Source of the DNA: Takakia lepidozioides | Taxonomy: Eukaryota > Plantae > Bryophyta | Length of the DNA stretch: 64,000 bases | Assembly (NCBI GenBank): GCA_030704615.1 | Contig: CM060733.1 | Location: 10,230,001 to 10,294,000 of the forward strand | Direction of reading: 5' to 3' | Shown: positions 25,752 through 38,356 of the stretch, piece after piece | Position numbering within the stretch: position 1 is the first letter of the stretch | Layout: every line of letters starts with the position of its first letter | The notes under the pieces: generated by a model | Database searches by the model: none | What the model was told of the DNA's origin: nothing | Seen by the model: only the letters and a program-made list of their open reading frames with translations | Made by a program: the position numbers and the translations under genes

Positions 25752-26321
25752 GCTTCTCATTGTTGAATAATTGGGTCTTTAAGGCTCACGTGGGCCCTGG
25801 ATAGTACTGGCGGGGATGATTTCGGGTGGCCCCGCCGCCACCCCTCACCCGGCCCGGGTCCGCGAGGTAGGGTCTACTGCAAAGGTGGGTCCACCATCCC
25901 AGGCTACGTTGGGGCTGAATGGGGCAGTTTTCTAGGATAAGGGATAAAAAGTTTGTTTGTGTAGCAGCAAGCGACGGGTAATGTGGTGGTTAGGCGCAAT
26001 GAATGGTATCCATATGGTTGCGGGTTAAACTCCGGCCGGCGCTGAATGTGCATTAATGATGGTCTTCTTGTGGGCGAGTTTCCCGAAAAAATTTCTAAGT
26101 CCCAAGGCGGGTTGCGGCACGGCCAGCAGACCCAAGGGCGGGTTACGGCGCGGCGAGCAGACCTGAGCAGACCCAAGGGCGGGCAGATCCGGCATGGCGA
26201 GCAGACCCAAGCAAACCTGCCGGGTGGTCGCGGGGAAAGGCGGGGAGATCCAGGGTCCGTATCGTGCACTGCCTGGGCCACACGTGAGAATTTAAGACCC
26301 AATTAATCTAAAATGAGAGCC
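25752..26321. mobile_element. MULE-like MITE with ~50-bp TIRs and 9-bp TSD
   Basis: TTTTTGGAG at 25743-25751 and 26322-26330; TIR ..CTCATT..TAATTGGGTCTT..CTCACGTG..GGCCC; internal GC-rich GCAGACCCAAGGGCGGG repeats and a tRNA-like segment at ~25975-26035. Confidence 0.85.
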
Positions 26322-26712
26322 TTTTTGGAGTCATGGATAGGACGGTTCTGCCCCTCCATTGACACCTGGTAGAAATAGTAGGTTTCCACTGAAATACCGA
26401 CTACAACCGTAAGGTGATGATTTGTAGAGTCATACCAGACGTGTCACAAAACAGTGCAGCGGGAAAAGACATGATTTCTTCTTGTGTGAATGCGTGAGAG
26501 CTTTTGAGTCAAGAGATCTTTGATCTTGTACAAGATCAGCTCAGTCTTTGTCATTGAACATCTTGGCTTCCTATGAAGACACCCACAAGCTGAGAAACCC
26601 CTGAGACTCAACTGTAAGCAATAGTTTGAGCTCGTCATCATAAACCGCAAAAATAATGGGGGTGGCTATGATTGCCGCCTTTTCTCTTCTTCCCCACAAT
26701 TAGGAAACCAAC

Positions 26713-26714
<2 letters not shown>

Positions 26715-26763
<49 letters not shown>
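26715..26763. repeat. (GA)n microsatellite
   Basis: Uninterrupted GA dinucleotide run. Confidence 0.95.
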
Positions 26764-26767
<4 letters not shown>

Positions 26768-26887
26768 AGATTGTCAAATGAGCGCAGAGTAAGACAGTTC
26801 GGAGCGCGAGAGGAGAAGTCTTTCAGAGCAGGGTTAGAAATAGAGAAGAAATGAAAAGTGGCAGGGGGAGCCCATGAGCCCCAGGTC

Positions 26888-29162
26888 GGGGGGATGCTAT
26901 TGTGTGAGCATATCCCGCGAGCAGAAAATTTCGTGAGCAGAAATCTGCTCACGCTTGAGGACCTGCCTACCTATAACCGCGGACGTCCAGTCGACTTAGA
27001 AGACCTATTACTGCGCAAAGTGGCCGGTATCACAAGGTCGGTTATGGATGCTGTTGGGATGAATGAGGGATGAATGGCAGATGAATGTCTGTATGATGAA
27101 TGAGACATGGATGAATGAAATAAATGAAATAATACAAAGTTGTTTTGTAGTAGTAGCTCCGAAATCCCCGAGCTCTGAAATCCTTTAAACCATGCTAGTC
27201 TTGCTTGCAAATCAATTGTGAAAGTGCAGTGTATATTGCCAACAATGAATCCACATTGCTTTGTGGATTGAGGAGGGGTTACTTGTCATTTTTCCAGGTA
27301 TCCAAGGTTGAGAGAAAGGCTCACACCCAAATCTAAAGAAGGCAGAGAGGTGAACTCGTGCTTTATAAATAAAAAATTCAAAACACGTACTGGGAATTAA
27401 GATGTCGTTGACGACACCTTAATCCCCAGCACCTGCACACACACCGCCTTACCGCCAAGGCTTGTTCGCCATCAGATTTTTTTGGGTGAATTTTTTTGGG
27501 GTTTTTGATTTTTCCATGAATTGTCATATGCTAACTCGTACTGGGAATTAAGATATTGTTGACGACACCTTAATCCCCAGCACCTGCACACACACCACCT
27601 TACCGCCAAGGCTTGTTCGCCATCAGATTTTTGTGGGTTGAAATGTTTTGGGTGAATTTTTTTGGGGTTTTTGGAATTGTCATGTGCCAACTCGTACTGG
27701 GAATTAAGATGTCGTTGACGACACCTTAATCCCCAGCACCTGCACACACACCGCCTTACCGCCAAGGCTGTTCGCCATCAGATTTTTTTGGGTTGAAATT
27801 TTTGGATGAATTTCTTTGGGGTTTTTGGTTTTTCCATGAATTGTCATGTGCCAATTTGTACTGGGAATTAAGATGTCGTTGACGACACCTTAATCCCCAG
27901 CACCTATACACACACCGCCTTACCGCCAAGGCTGTTCGCCATCAGATTTTTTTGGGTTGAAATTTTTTGGGTGAGTTTTTTTGGGGTTTTTGGGTTTTCC
28001 ATGAATTGTCATGTGCCAACTCGTACTGCAAATTAAGATGTCGTTGACGACACCTTAATCTGCCACATTCGGAGAAAAAAAAAAAAAAAAAAAAACGGTT
28101 TTTATTTATTTATTTTTTAAACTTGCTGGGAATTAAGATGTCGTTGACGACACCTTAATCCCCCCAACCTCCACACGCTCCGCCTTGAAAATTCTGTTGA
28201 GGCTGTTGGAATTAAGATGTCGTTGACGACACCTTAATCGCCCCGACCTGCACATGCACTGCCTTCAAATTTTTGTTGGATTTCTGTTTTTTCCATTTTT
28301 AGGCCATAATCTGAAAAGACATGTGGCAGCAGCTGGTGGGATTTAAGATGTCGTTGACGACACCTTAATCGCCGCAACCTGCACAAGTGTCGGCTTTGTA
28401 GTTTTGTTAGATTCAAATTTTCTGGTTTTATGGGATTTTCCATGAAATGTTTGTGGCAACAGGAGGTGGGAATTAAGATGTCATTGACGACACCTTAATC
28501 CCCCTCCCACCTGGACACACCACCTTCAAAGTTTTTTTGGACTCAATTTTTTGGGTTCATTGTTTTTGGAGGATTTTTTCTGCGATTTTGTTTTGTCCTC
28601 CACTTCTCATGTTCTATCCTCCTCCCTCCACTGCAGCCCCACCCCCATCATAAGAGTCCATAGGTAACTCAAATTTATTCCTGTATGTAATTGCCTTGTA
28701 ACTTCAGCAGTTTCCTTCAAGTTCCCTCAAAGTAAGTATTGCCAGGATCAGCCGACAAATCTGAAATTCATGACACACTCGAAATGCAATTGCTCCACGT
28801 GAAACAAAAACAAAGTCATGGTTCATCCATTTCGGTCATTTCTCATCCAACAGTCATCTACCATTCATCTTTTCCACTTTTCATTCATTCTGAAACCATT
28901 CATCCGTCGGCTTTTTCATCGCACATTCGTACCATCGGTTGTCATGGAGCTTGGATTGTCCCGTCGGATGGGGTGTGCATGCGTCCGTGTATTGTAGTTT
29001 TTGTCCACGGCAATAGGCCCTCTTCTTCCCTCGGTTGTAGGCTCTCATTCACTAATCTGCTCACGCTTGGAATCTGTTCACGCTTTAGGGATTCTGCTCA
29101 CGTTTTCCACTTTAAGCGTGAGCGTGCTCACGAGAGCTGCTCACACGGTAGCTGCCCTCCCC
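26888..29162. mobile_element. Non-coding element with long degenerate inverted termini enclosing a palindrome array
   Basis: Left GGGGGGATGCTATTGTGTGAGCA..CGTGAGCAGA vs right reverse complement GGGGAGGGCAGCTACCGTGTGAGCA..CGTGAGCAGA; GATGAATG-rich arm mirrored by a CATTCATC-rich arm; no clean TSD. Confidence 0.65.
27390..28503. repeat. Array of 9 palindromic cores (CTGGGAATTAAGATGTCGTTGACGACACCTTAATCCCCAG)
   Basis: Copies at ~27390, 27541, 27697, 27861, 28026, 28126, 28208, 28338, 28468; periods 151-165 bp, then ~80-130 bp. Confidence 0.95.
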
Positions 29163-30099
29163 GGGTCGAAGGCCATCTTGGGAGCAACATCAGGTTGGGG
29201 GCACTGTAGGTCTTTGTGTCCCCCAGTGGAACATCTGTCACCATAGATCGACCCGAATCATGAACACTGACGCCCTGGGAGTGGGTGGGGGGGGGATTGG
29301 CTGCTACAACACTCCTACTACACTGACAGCGGCAGAGATGGACGGAGAAGCAGAGGTCAGCGGAGAAGCAGAGATTAAAGGAGCAGTTGAGACGATGGGC
29401 ACACGAGGGGAATTTGGAGTCGGGGCAGCCACAACGGGAAGTAACAAAGAAGAGTCAGAATCCTCTATCTTCTCTTCAGTTCTGGGCTGCTTCCTGTGGG
29501 CCATCTGCCAGCTTCACATGACCAGTGTTGTTTTTTGACAGGTAGCCCTACATTTTTTGTGACAGGTTAAAATGTTTTTTGACTTTCACTGTGACATACA
29601 ACTGTGAGAAAATGCCTTTCACATGACAGGTTGACAGATTTTTGACCTTTCACACAATTTTGTCATATGAAATTGAAACGAAAAATGAAAAGAAGTGTGA
29701 ATTTAAAAAATAAAATAAAATAAAATAAAATGTGAACTTCTTACAACTACAATTAGTGAAACTCCAGTCCGTGAATACATATGGTATTGTCTTTACTATT
29801 TTCATGGGTTCCAACCCAAACATGTAGCATTGTACCACTTATTCTCTAACTATAAGACTTTAGCATTTTTAACCTCTTCATACGTAGTCCCAAGCCTCTC
29901 TTCTTTGAGAGAGATTGTCTTGGCTTATCAATGAGCTAGGAATACAATATGCCAGTTGATTGTAAGTTGAGAGTCATGCAGGATGGTCGTGTCGAATTAG
30001 GTGCAGTGGTTTGAATATGACACCTCCTCCACAACAAATGTTTTTGAAACAAGATTAGGAGAGGGACTCAAGAAGAATTTTTTTGGCATTGCTATGGCT

Positions 30100-30290
30100 C
30101 TGGGTACACCGTGTAAGGGAGAACAAGTCAAACAGACACTACACGATTTGAACCAGCAATTCATTTTGGCCGCCAGACTCCAGTACTTAATTGTGCATTT
30201 TACAAAGGTGTATCAAGAGTAAAGACCTAGAAACAAGAAAGCAAGTGCATGCCCACATTATCCAAAATGGATATTTCCAAATATCTGTCT
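30100..30290 (+). pseudogene. PPR (PLS L-motif-like) fragment
   Basis: CILQRCIKSKDLETRKQVHAHIIQNG, truncated by an A-rich insertion. Confidence 0.65.
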
Positions 30291-31120
30291 ACTCAACACC
30301 CGGTCTCAAGAAAAAAAAAAAAAAAAAAACTAAGAATAGAGGCTGGAGCACACAGGAAACAAAAAAGGAGAGCCTAACTAAGCTTAGAGGTTTAAGGCTT
30401 GAAACACAAAGAAGGGCAGCTGGCACTCGGCGTTTTATTTATAGGCGAATTTACGCCAGATTCGACCTCAAAAAAAAAAAAAAATTCTGTCGAAAGTCCC
30501 ATGTTTTTCATGGATGAAATTGCCAAATTTCTCCAAATAAAAATAAATTATGGATGCATTTGCCAAATATGGATGATATATATGGATTATGGTACAGAAG
30601 TGGATGATTTCAGTGGATGAACAGAATGTACTGCTATTTTCTGCATAACTCTATAGCCACTCGTGCTGTTTTCCAAATTTCCTAAGAAAAACACTGCTGG
30701 CAGTGCTCGGTGAGGCTCCCCTAGGTGGACTTACCAGTAAGATTAACAAAAACTACTAACAATTTGTACCTTTTTTAGCCTCTCCTAGCCTCTAGGTGGA
30801 CTTACTAATAAAATTGCTAATAAGTATCAGTAATCTCTGCAAATTTTCTATTCATTTGTAGCTTTCAGGCTTTGTGAGCCTCACCTAGGTGGACTTAGTA
30901 ATTAAATTACCCCTAATTATCAGAAATTTCTGCCTTTCATTTGACAGGCTTTTTTTTTTTTTTGACTTTCAATGTGACAAGCATTTTTTTCTCATTGCCT
31001 TTCTTTTGAGAGGCTCATTTTGTTTTTGCCTTTTTTTGCCTGTCAAATGCCTTGTGACAGGTGCAAAAATCAGCCATGCACATGACACTCCCCATTGCAT
31101 CCAAATCACAAAATGCTTAA

Positions 31121-31761
31121 CCCTTAAGCGCCAAGTGCCATAGTTTGACTTTTTCAGAAAACATGATCCCTTAAGTGAAAAAAAAGGTGTAACTTTCAAA
31201 AAATTAACTTTTTAAAGAACTTGACTGCACATTAGGTGCGTACCTTCCTCCTACATCCACGTGCCAAATTTGAGGCCAATCAGCCCCAGATCCACAAAAT
31301 GCCACCATTGAATGTGGGCCCCATTATTGGGACCCTTTTGAGAAACATATCCATTTTTGGTAATTTTTTAAAGATTTGAGTGACGGGATCAAATGGGATT
31401 GAGGCGAAATTAGCGGGTTTCATCCCCTTTAGATCCCTCATCCAACAAGCCACCAATTTCGCCAATGCATGTGATGCTGCCACTTGGTCAAACCTGGGAA
31501 AATCCCATGTTTCTCTCCCTCTCTCACAGTGTGAAGAATGAAACAACGAGAATTACCTTTATCAAATCGTGACCCCCCTACTTGCGTGTTGAGACCTCTT
31601 TGCAACTTGGCAGATCCGAGGCAATCTGGCAATGAATCTTGGTGTGCCAGGTGCCCAAGAACACTATATATTTTTTTCACACAATTCCATGGAGAATGCA
31701 AAAAGTTATTCAGATTTTTCTAAACCCAAAAGCCCGAAACGGGCTACTGGGCGTTTAAGGG
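31121..31761. mobile_element. piggyBac-like non-autonomous element (641 bp)
   Basis: TTAA|CCCTTAAGCGCCAAGT ... ACTGGGCGTTTAAGGG|TTAA: TTAA TSD and imperfect 16-bp TIR beginning CCCTT. Confidence 0.75.
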
Positions 31762-31779
31762 TTAAAGAGTCTTCATTAA

Positions 31780-33150
31780 CAGATTAGACAACAATGAAGG
31801 AACCAACCAGAGTCTGCAGTTTAATGGAGTCACCATAATGGCGTCTTCAAGCATCATGACCACTATCCTAGGGACACCGATGTCCCAGTTGTTATCATGA
31901 AAACAGGAATCCACGTCGACCCTGAGAACCACAGCATCCGCAGGCTCATAGACATTAATGCAACGTTAACCTATGTAAACCCCCAAGTGAGCTCCAATTT
32001 CAGGTAGAGATTGCAGGTAATTGCTTGGGAGAAAGGGTAAGGCTAGCATTCTAGGCCTACAAGTGATCCCTTCACGGCGGCCCCAATCGCGAGTTCATAG
32101 AAACAGATGAACCCTGAAACGGGACTTTTGAGTGTTGAAGCACAGAGCCTTGGCGGCGTCTTCCTTAGAGACAAAGGAGACCGAGAAGAAGCTAGCATGA
32201 TAGAAGTTATGTTTCAGACCAACGGCAGCACCGAGGTGCTCAATGACCCAGGTTCGCGCCCAAGTGCGATCTCGCACTTGTCCTGGGAAATGGAGCAGAA
32301 TGCCATGAGAAGCAACAGTGTCAAACTGAGATTTAACGATTTCTATGTTCAAATCCAACACTGGCTGTGTGTCCAGTGTTGGAGCAGCATTGTCTTGCCA
32401 CACAACCAAGCCAGAATTGGAGGAAGGAAGAGGAGGGGTAAGCTGAAGGTCACACCCTAAAATGGAGCCCAAAACCTCAGCCAAAGAGCGCCTCGCAGTC
32501 AGCTACGGGGGGCCTTTACCATCATGTGGCCCAATGCGCTTCTGTTGAGCTGGGTCCCCTCCTGAGGCCATATCAGATAGGCATGAAACGAGAGGGGTGG
32601 CAGAAAACGAACAGAGAAGTGGGGGAGAGAGACAAAACAGGGTGAGAGAAGAGGGGAAGGAAGGCTTCTCACCTGTGTAGCGTCACAGCACAGACTCCGA
32701 GGCGAGGCATAAGGAAGGGTAAACCGTCTTTCCCATCCATCCAGCTCTAGTGGCGGCAAATTGTCACCCTGTAAGAGCAGTTATTCATGAAAGCAGAGAG
32801 GGAACCATAAAGAGGAGAAGGAGGATGGAACTGCCAATGAGAAGTCAAGTTCAAGCAAGTCATCACCCTCAACCAGGGGACAGGTACTGCAAACTCAGGA
32901 GAATGACACAGAACCCTGTCAAAGGATAGCAATCGATGACAATCCTTCTCTCATGCAGAGAGCACAAAATGACAGTGAAACCAAGGAATGCAAAGCGGGG
33001 ATTAATAGAAGTCCCCATCAATGAAAGGGCGAGAGGGGCGTGAAGCACTTACAAGAGAAGAGTAGAGAAGGAGGGGGAACAGAGGAGGCCGCCACGCCTA
33101 AGTCCCGAAGAACCAAAGAGGAGAGCGGAAATCGTGGAGCTCTGTCCCCC
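31780..33150 (-). mobile_element. Probable L1-type LINE 5' remnant (ORF1, DUF4283-like)
   Basis: ORF 32095-32484 GILLHFPG..W..HLG..FFSVSFVSKEDAAKAL resembles the plant L1 ORF1 N-terminus; pyrimidine-rich leader upstream. Confidence 0.5.
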
Positions 33151-33389
33151 ATTCTTGAGAGTTGCTACAGTCCCTAACATACCTTTGGCCATGTTTTTGG
33201 AGCCTGACTGAATATATCTAATCACAGTATTGTAATTTGAACTCGCGGACTGAATGCCAAATGCCGATGAACTTCTCAGTTGACATACTGCTGATGTTCT
33301 AACTTCAAATGAACTGTATCATTATTGCAGTGTAGTTTACTCATGCTTTAAATTATTACTAATTTCAATCTTAATAACTTGTAATTTAG

Positions 33390-34420
33390 TGAGATAAGCT
33401 TGGAGGCCGCAGCCACCAAACGAGGCAAACTTAAAAGATTGGTTCAATCCTTGAAAGTGGCTTGAAATCATAATTGGAAGGTGCAATCTGCTAGGGTCTG
33501 GGCAATATTCATCATCAAATCACTGTACCACTGTACCCTCCATATCTTCATAGATGATATTGTACTGGTAGTACAGTACCTGAGGTGAAAAGAGAGCAAG
33601 GCCTCACCCTGCATAGAGTGACTTCCAAGTTCAAATGCAGGTGAGCTTCTTCTTCTTGGCTGATTCTAATGGGAACATCAAACCCTGTCAAACAGGCTCT
33701 GTGCTGGCGGAAGAGAGTAGAAGAGATTCTCAAGGATTTGGAAGAGAGTAGAAGAGATTCTCAAGGATTTGAATCTAAGTCCGCAAGCCTTCACCCTGCT
33801 GGATAAATCTGACTTAGAGGCTGTAGTGTCCAAAGCCATGTCTGTTGCCAAGAAATTGTCTGATGAAAATGAAGTTAGGCAGAAAACTTCCTTGAACTTG
33901 TTTCCAATCTGTGACATGGGAGAGGCCATCATGGATGACCTCAAGGGTTTACCCACCCCCGGCACTAGACTGGAATTTAAACTCAGGGCGGGAAGTCTAT
34001 CTTCGAACAGCAAACAGAAGCAGAGAGGAAAGGGGCATTGCAAATGCCCGTTGTGTGGGCAACTTGAAGACAATATTCACTTTCTGATTCATTGTCCTGG
34101 GTACTCTCACCAGAGAGACCTCCTCTTCAAATCCATCAAGGGAATTGTGCCTGTACATCTGTTTACCAACTTTGAAAGTGTCGAGGCTGAGCCAAAAGGC
34201 CAGGCCCTTTGGGGCCTCAGTTATTGGGCAAACCACACACAGCAGATTGATGCTTGTGTAAAGGGATTTCTAGAGGATATCTGGAAAACTCGGATCAATT
34301 GTCTGTTCCAAGGTAAGTGATACTAGCGGTGTCGGCCCCTGACAAAGGTAGTTTCTGTCTCTTTGTTTTCCGCTCAAACTGGGCACGGGGTCAATGGCCG
34401 CTACAGCAAACGTCGTCTTA
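33390..34420 (+). mobile_element. LINE ORF2 C-terminal remnant (RTE-X/CR1-like zinc knuckle)
   Basis: TRLEFKLRAG..CPLCGQLEDNIHFLIHCPGYSHQR..IWKTR; includes a 31-bp tandem duplication at ~33708-33770. Confidence 0.7.
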
Positions 34421-37366
34421 TGGGTATTTTCTAATGTGAACATCCCTTTGTATACTTACCGTACTGGTATACTCTCGTCTTCCCATAGACAAATGTGCCT
34501 GGCCTTTACTAATGCGAGAGTAGCTGCCCGAGTGAGCCTTAATTCGCCACAAACTGCTACATAGCCTTCTTTAGCTGAAACGAAATTTGTGTGGCTAAAT
34601 GGTGGGACAATTCACTGCCTAACACAATCCGAACCATGTTGCTTACCCAGCCAAATGTGGGTTGCCAGCACTCCAATTACTGCCAAGTTCAATAGCCAAT
34701 TCTAACTTGACTTGGCTATAATTTGACTGGTCCCTCAGTCACACTAGCTCAGAGTCAGAACTTAAGCTTGACAGCAGTGTTGTAACATGTTCAGTGAGCA
34801 AAACACGCTTTCAACCTTTGCTAAAGAAGGTGCATTGTTTTAAAGGGATGTGTAACCTGCCTTCAGTGCATGATAACCATGTCTCAATATAAATAATCTA
34901 GTGAAACGTAACCTGCTGAGTACAGGAGTGTGACTTACCCAGCAGATATCGGTGAATTCTTTGAACAAGGCAGTGTTGGTAGCTCAGGCCTCATCATACT
35001 CATATCGAGACACCGTCAGTAACAGTGACTTCTCAACATATTGAAAAACCCATCATTCCACGAAAAGTTCAGCCATTAACAGTAAGCAGTCTAATCTTAT
35101 GGAAGGTGGTAGCAACTTCAAGTTTACAGAAGTATCATTTCCAAAGAGGGAAAGGTACCTGGTCAGAGCTACTGGCATGAACTAGCTGACCATCACAAAA
35201 ATGCTCCCCCCAACCAATCGACATCTCTTAGTACCCACCCGTACTCAATGTACAGATGGAAGGAGGAGTCTAACAACTTCACAATGACATTTTACTTGGA
35301 CAGCAGTGATTCAATGGAACTCTCTGATGCTAGTTGATGGCATGGACACAAACCACAAATGCTACAGTCAGACGGAAACTCCTGGCTCAGAAAGAGCATG
35401 AAGAGGAAGGCAGAAGAAGAGGGCTGACTAGTGGGGCACTGCTGGGAGTTGCCTCCAGATGCTAAGAATGTTTGCATCACCCAGGCAACCCCCCTACAAA
35501 TTGCATTCCTCTCTGTCTTTTTCCTCACATTCCTTTCTTGATTTTTCTCCCTTCCTCAAGCCTGCACAGTCCCACTCGGCTTGGATACTCGCAAAAAACT
35601 TACTGTGTAATAAGATGGACATGGCCTTCAAGCGATTCAAAATACCTGTGTAAACGATGACGCTGAATGGCTTTAAAAGACTAACTCTGCTTATGAACCT
35701 CCCTTTCATGCACACACATGTGGCGTTAGGTAGAGATCACGTTGCCCTCCCCAAATTCAAGGAGAGAGTTTGCATGATGGGGAGCCCAAGAAAAGAGAAC
35801 AAGAAAGCAAAGTGAGTGGGAATAAAGGGGGGAGGAATCAACATGCATAAGGCCGAGGGAATAGAGGTCAAGCAAGAAAGAGACCGCTACTGGGGACACA
35901 GAGGGGTTGGGGATATCTGAAGGCTGTAAGTGCCACAACTCTGACAATCTTTGACTAAAAAGCACCAGACTTATAAAATATCAGCAGCCACCACTGAAAT
36001 TCTCCATTCCAACATGCAAAGATAGACAGACGCTACATGATGTCAAATCCTAAGCTCCCATACACTGTACTGCCAGGTAGGTTCTGGTGGGGACCAACCC
36101 TGAACAGCCCTAGTGGTTGTAATCAAGCTGTTTCCTTTGTTTTCCCCTTCCATGAACACCATCCCCAATTCCAACTTGGGTGCAGCTCTAAAGGTAGCTC
36201 AGTTGGTTGGCGCTGGGATGCTACAGTAGCTTGAGACCATCAGTAGAACCCTAAACAGTTCTAGTGCCTGAAATCAAAGTGTTGAGAGAAACTCTTAGTC
36301 TTTGGGGTTACAGCTGACTGCATCATAACCAGAGAACTACTGGGAAAATTACTTGGCTAATTGATGTATGCCTCTCCAAGAGTCTGAGTGGATGTCTGCC
36401 ATAAGACTATGGAAAGGTCTTATACTCTGATTACTCCTGCAAGTTAGTGAACCCCCAAAAGTAGATGGCCAAGATTTGACTTGCCATTGTATTCTGGGAA
36501 GATTATGGCTGCCCTACACATTTGAGTCTTACTTAATGTCACGCATGTTACCTTACTCTGTTTCTGCATGGAAGAGTTTCCTTCCCTAACGGTGACACAA
36601 AAGAATATGTTGTTTGCGACTGACAAGCTGCAACAGCTATATCCTACTCTTCGCATTGCCTACACATGTGGCTGGTTCACTTTCCACATTTGTGAGGGTT
36701 TATTCATCCTCCAGCTGAGCATTCTCCACTATTATCCAACCAAAGGAGAGCTTATCAAGAACACCACACCCTTGTAACACTGACTGTTAATGCCACAAAG
36801 AACTCGAGTAGTCGAATTGTCATATCATTAATCATTGCCCATCAGGCATAGTGTACAATCCCTAAGTCCACTCTCAAGTATCTCAGTCATATACTACAAG
36901 AAGCAACTGGAGTCGAGTACAAGCTAAACAACCCTGGACCTATATGAATGTGACATTGTAGACAACACACAGCTCATCACACTTGCGTGCAATTTCTACT
37001 TGATAGCTTACAACCAGAAGGATCTGTACAGAAGACCATGCGGAGGTGACCTGCAAATCTCCATTTCACAAACTGTAACGGAAGTAACGAAGGTATGTTG
37101 TATGAGCCTTGGGCGAGATGCCAGGACCAAGTCAACCATCCCATTAGCTTTCTCTATGTGGCGCAAGACAAATGCATTGAGTTACTGTACTCTACTCCCG
37201 ATGAATGGATATCCTGTCTCTATGTGGATTGTTATCCAGTTGATGCCTTTTGTGGAGAGAATGCTTTACAAATCAAGTATTCGCCAAAATGACCCGACGG
37301 GAAATTACTCCCAGTCTCGCTTCACACTCTGATTCTTTTTGGGGGCCTAAGAATGTTATGTGCTCA

Positions 37367-38356
37367 CTAACCATCTTCTTGAGCAAGTTTGTTGATCAAA
37401 GCTGCAAAAAGCTCATCCCTCTTCTGTGCACGCGCTTCTTCTCTTGCCCGTCTCTGTTCTTCACGCTCCCGCCAAGCATGTTCTCTGACAATGCGCTCCT
37501 GTTCAAGCTTTTCCATGGCATCTCTCCACTCCTGCTCTCGGATTCGCCGTTCTTGCTCCCTCCTCTCCACGGAGTCGCGCCATTGCTCCTCCACTCTTTG
37601 TTGCTGCAGGAAAAAGTCCTCTAAGACTTCCTGCATGCTGTTGGCTCGATACTTCTCGGCAGTCACCCTCTGCCTTTCCTTGTCAGTTTTTCGTTTTTTG
37701 CGACGAACAAGACGTTCGTCTTCACTGTCATCGTCATCGTTGTCTTCATCATCGGTGTCCTCATCCGAAGACTTTTGCTTCCCACGTTTTGCTTTCTTCT
37801 TTGGCCTCGATCCTGCCTCCGACTCCAGCAAAAGCCTATCCATATTCTTGGCGCGCTCTTTAAATATTGCATCAAGCTCCTCGAAGAAAGGGCATTGCCG
37901 ACCGTTGTCAGGCTCAGTCGTTTCTTTCCCCTGCGTACATTTGCACCAGCAAAAACCATCTCAAATTGACAAAGAGACTCCAAACACAACGAAAACACGA
38001 TCAGCAGTTACACTACAGCTGCAGCTAAGCAAGGAAGCATCAGAGACCTTGTATCGGTTGACCAGGTTCTTCCATTTACATTTACACTGGTCAGCACTTC
38101 TTCGGAAGCCCTTCTCCTTCATCTTCCCGGCAATGAGTTCCCACAGCGTCTTATTGCGTTTAGTCTGAGTGAAGTCCTTCTCAAGCTCTGCCCGGATAGC
38201 AATAAACTCCTTTGTCTCATGATAGCCCCACTGTGGAATCCGATCTTCTTTTCTGCGACTCCCCCTTGGGGTCAGTGACCCCATCTCCGCCATGTCCGTT
38301 CCATCTGGGGAAGGCTGCAGGGGAAATGCTGTCATTACGGCCAGATTTTCCCCCAT
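37367..38356 (-). CDS. Trihelix transcription factor GT-3-like, copy A; exons 38048-38356 and 37367-37930
   Basis: PQWGYHETKEFIAIRAELEKDF..TLWELIA..GFRRSADQCKCKWKNLVNRYK|GKET..CPFFEELDAIF, C-terminal E/R coiled coil. Confidence 0.93.

Noticed and set aside
27390-28503. CRISPR array
   Set aside because: Spacers are homologous to one another and mostly too long, there are no cas genes, and the context is eukaryotic TE DNA; kept as a palindrome array
37389-38168. 259-aa plus-strand ORF (and the 292-aa ORF at 43261-44139)
   Set aside because: Ser/Arg-rich antisense shadows of the E/R-rich trihelix exons
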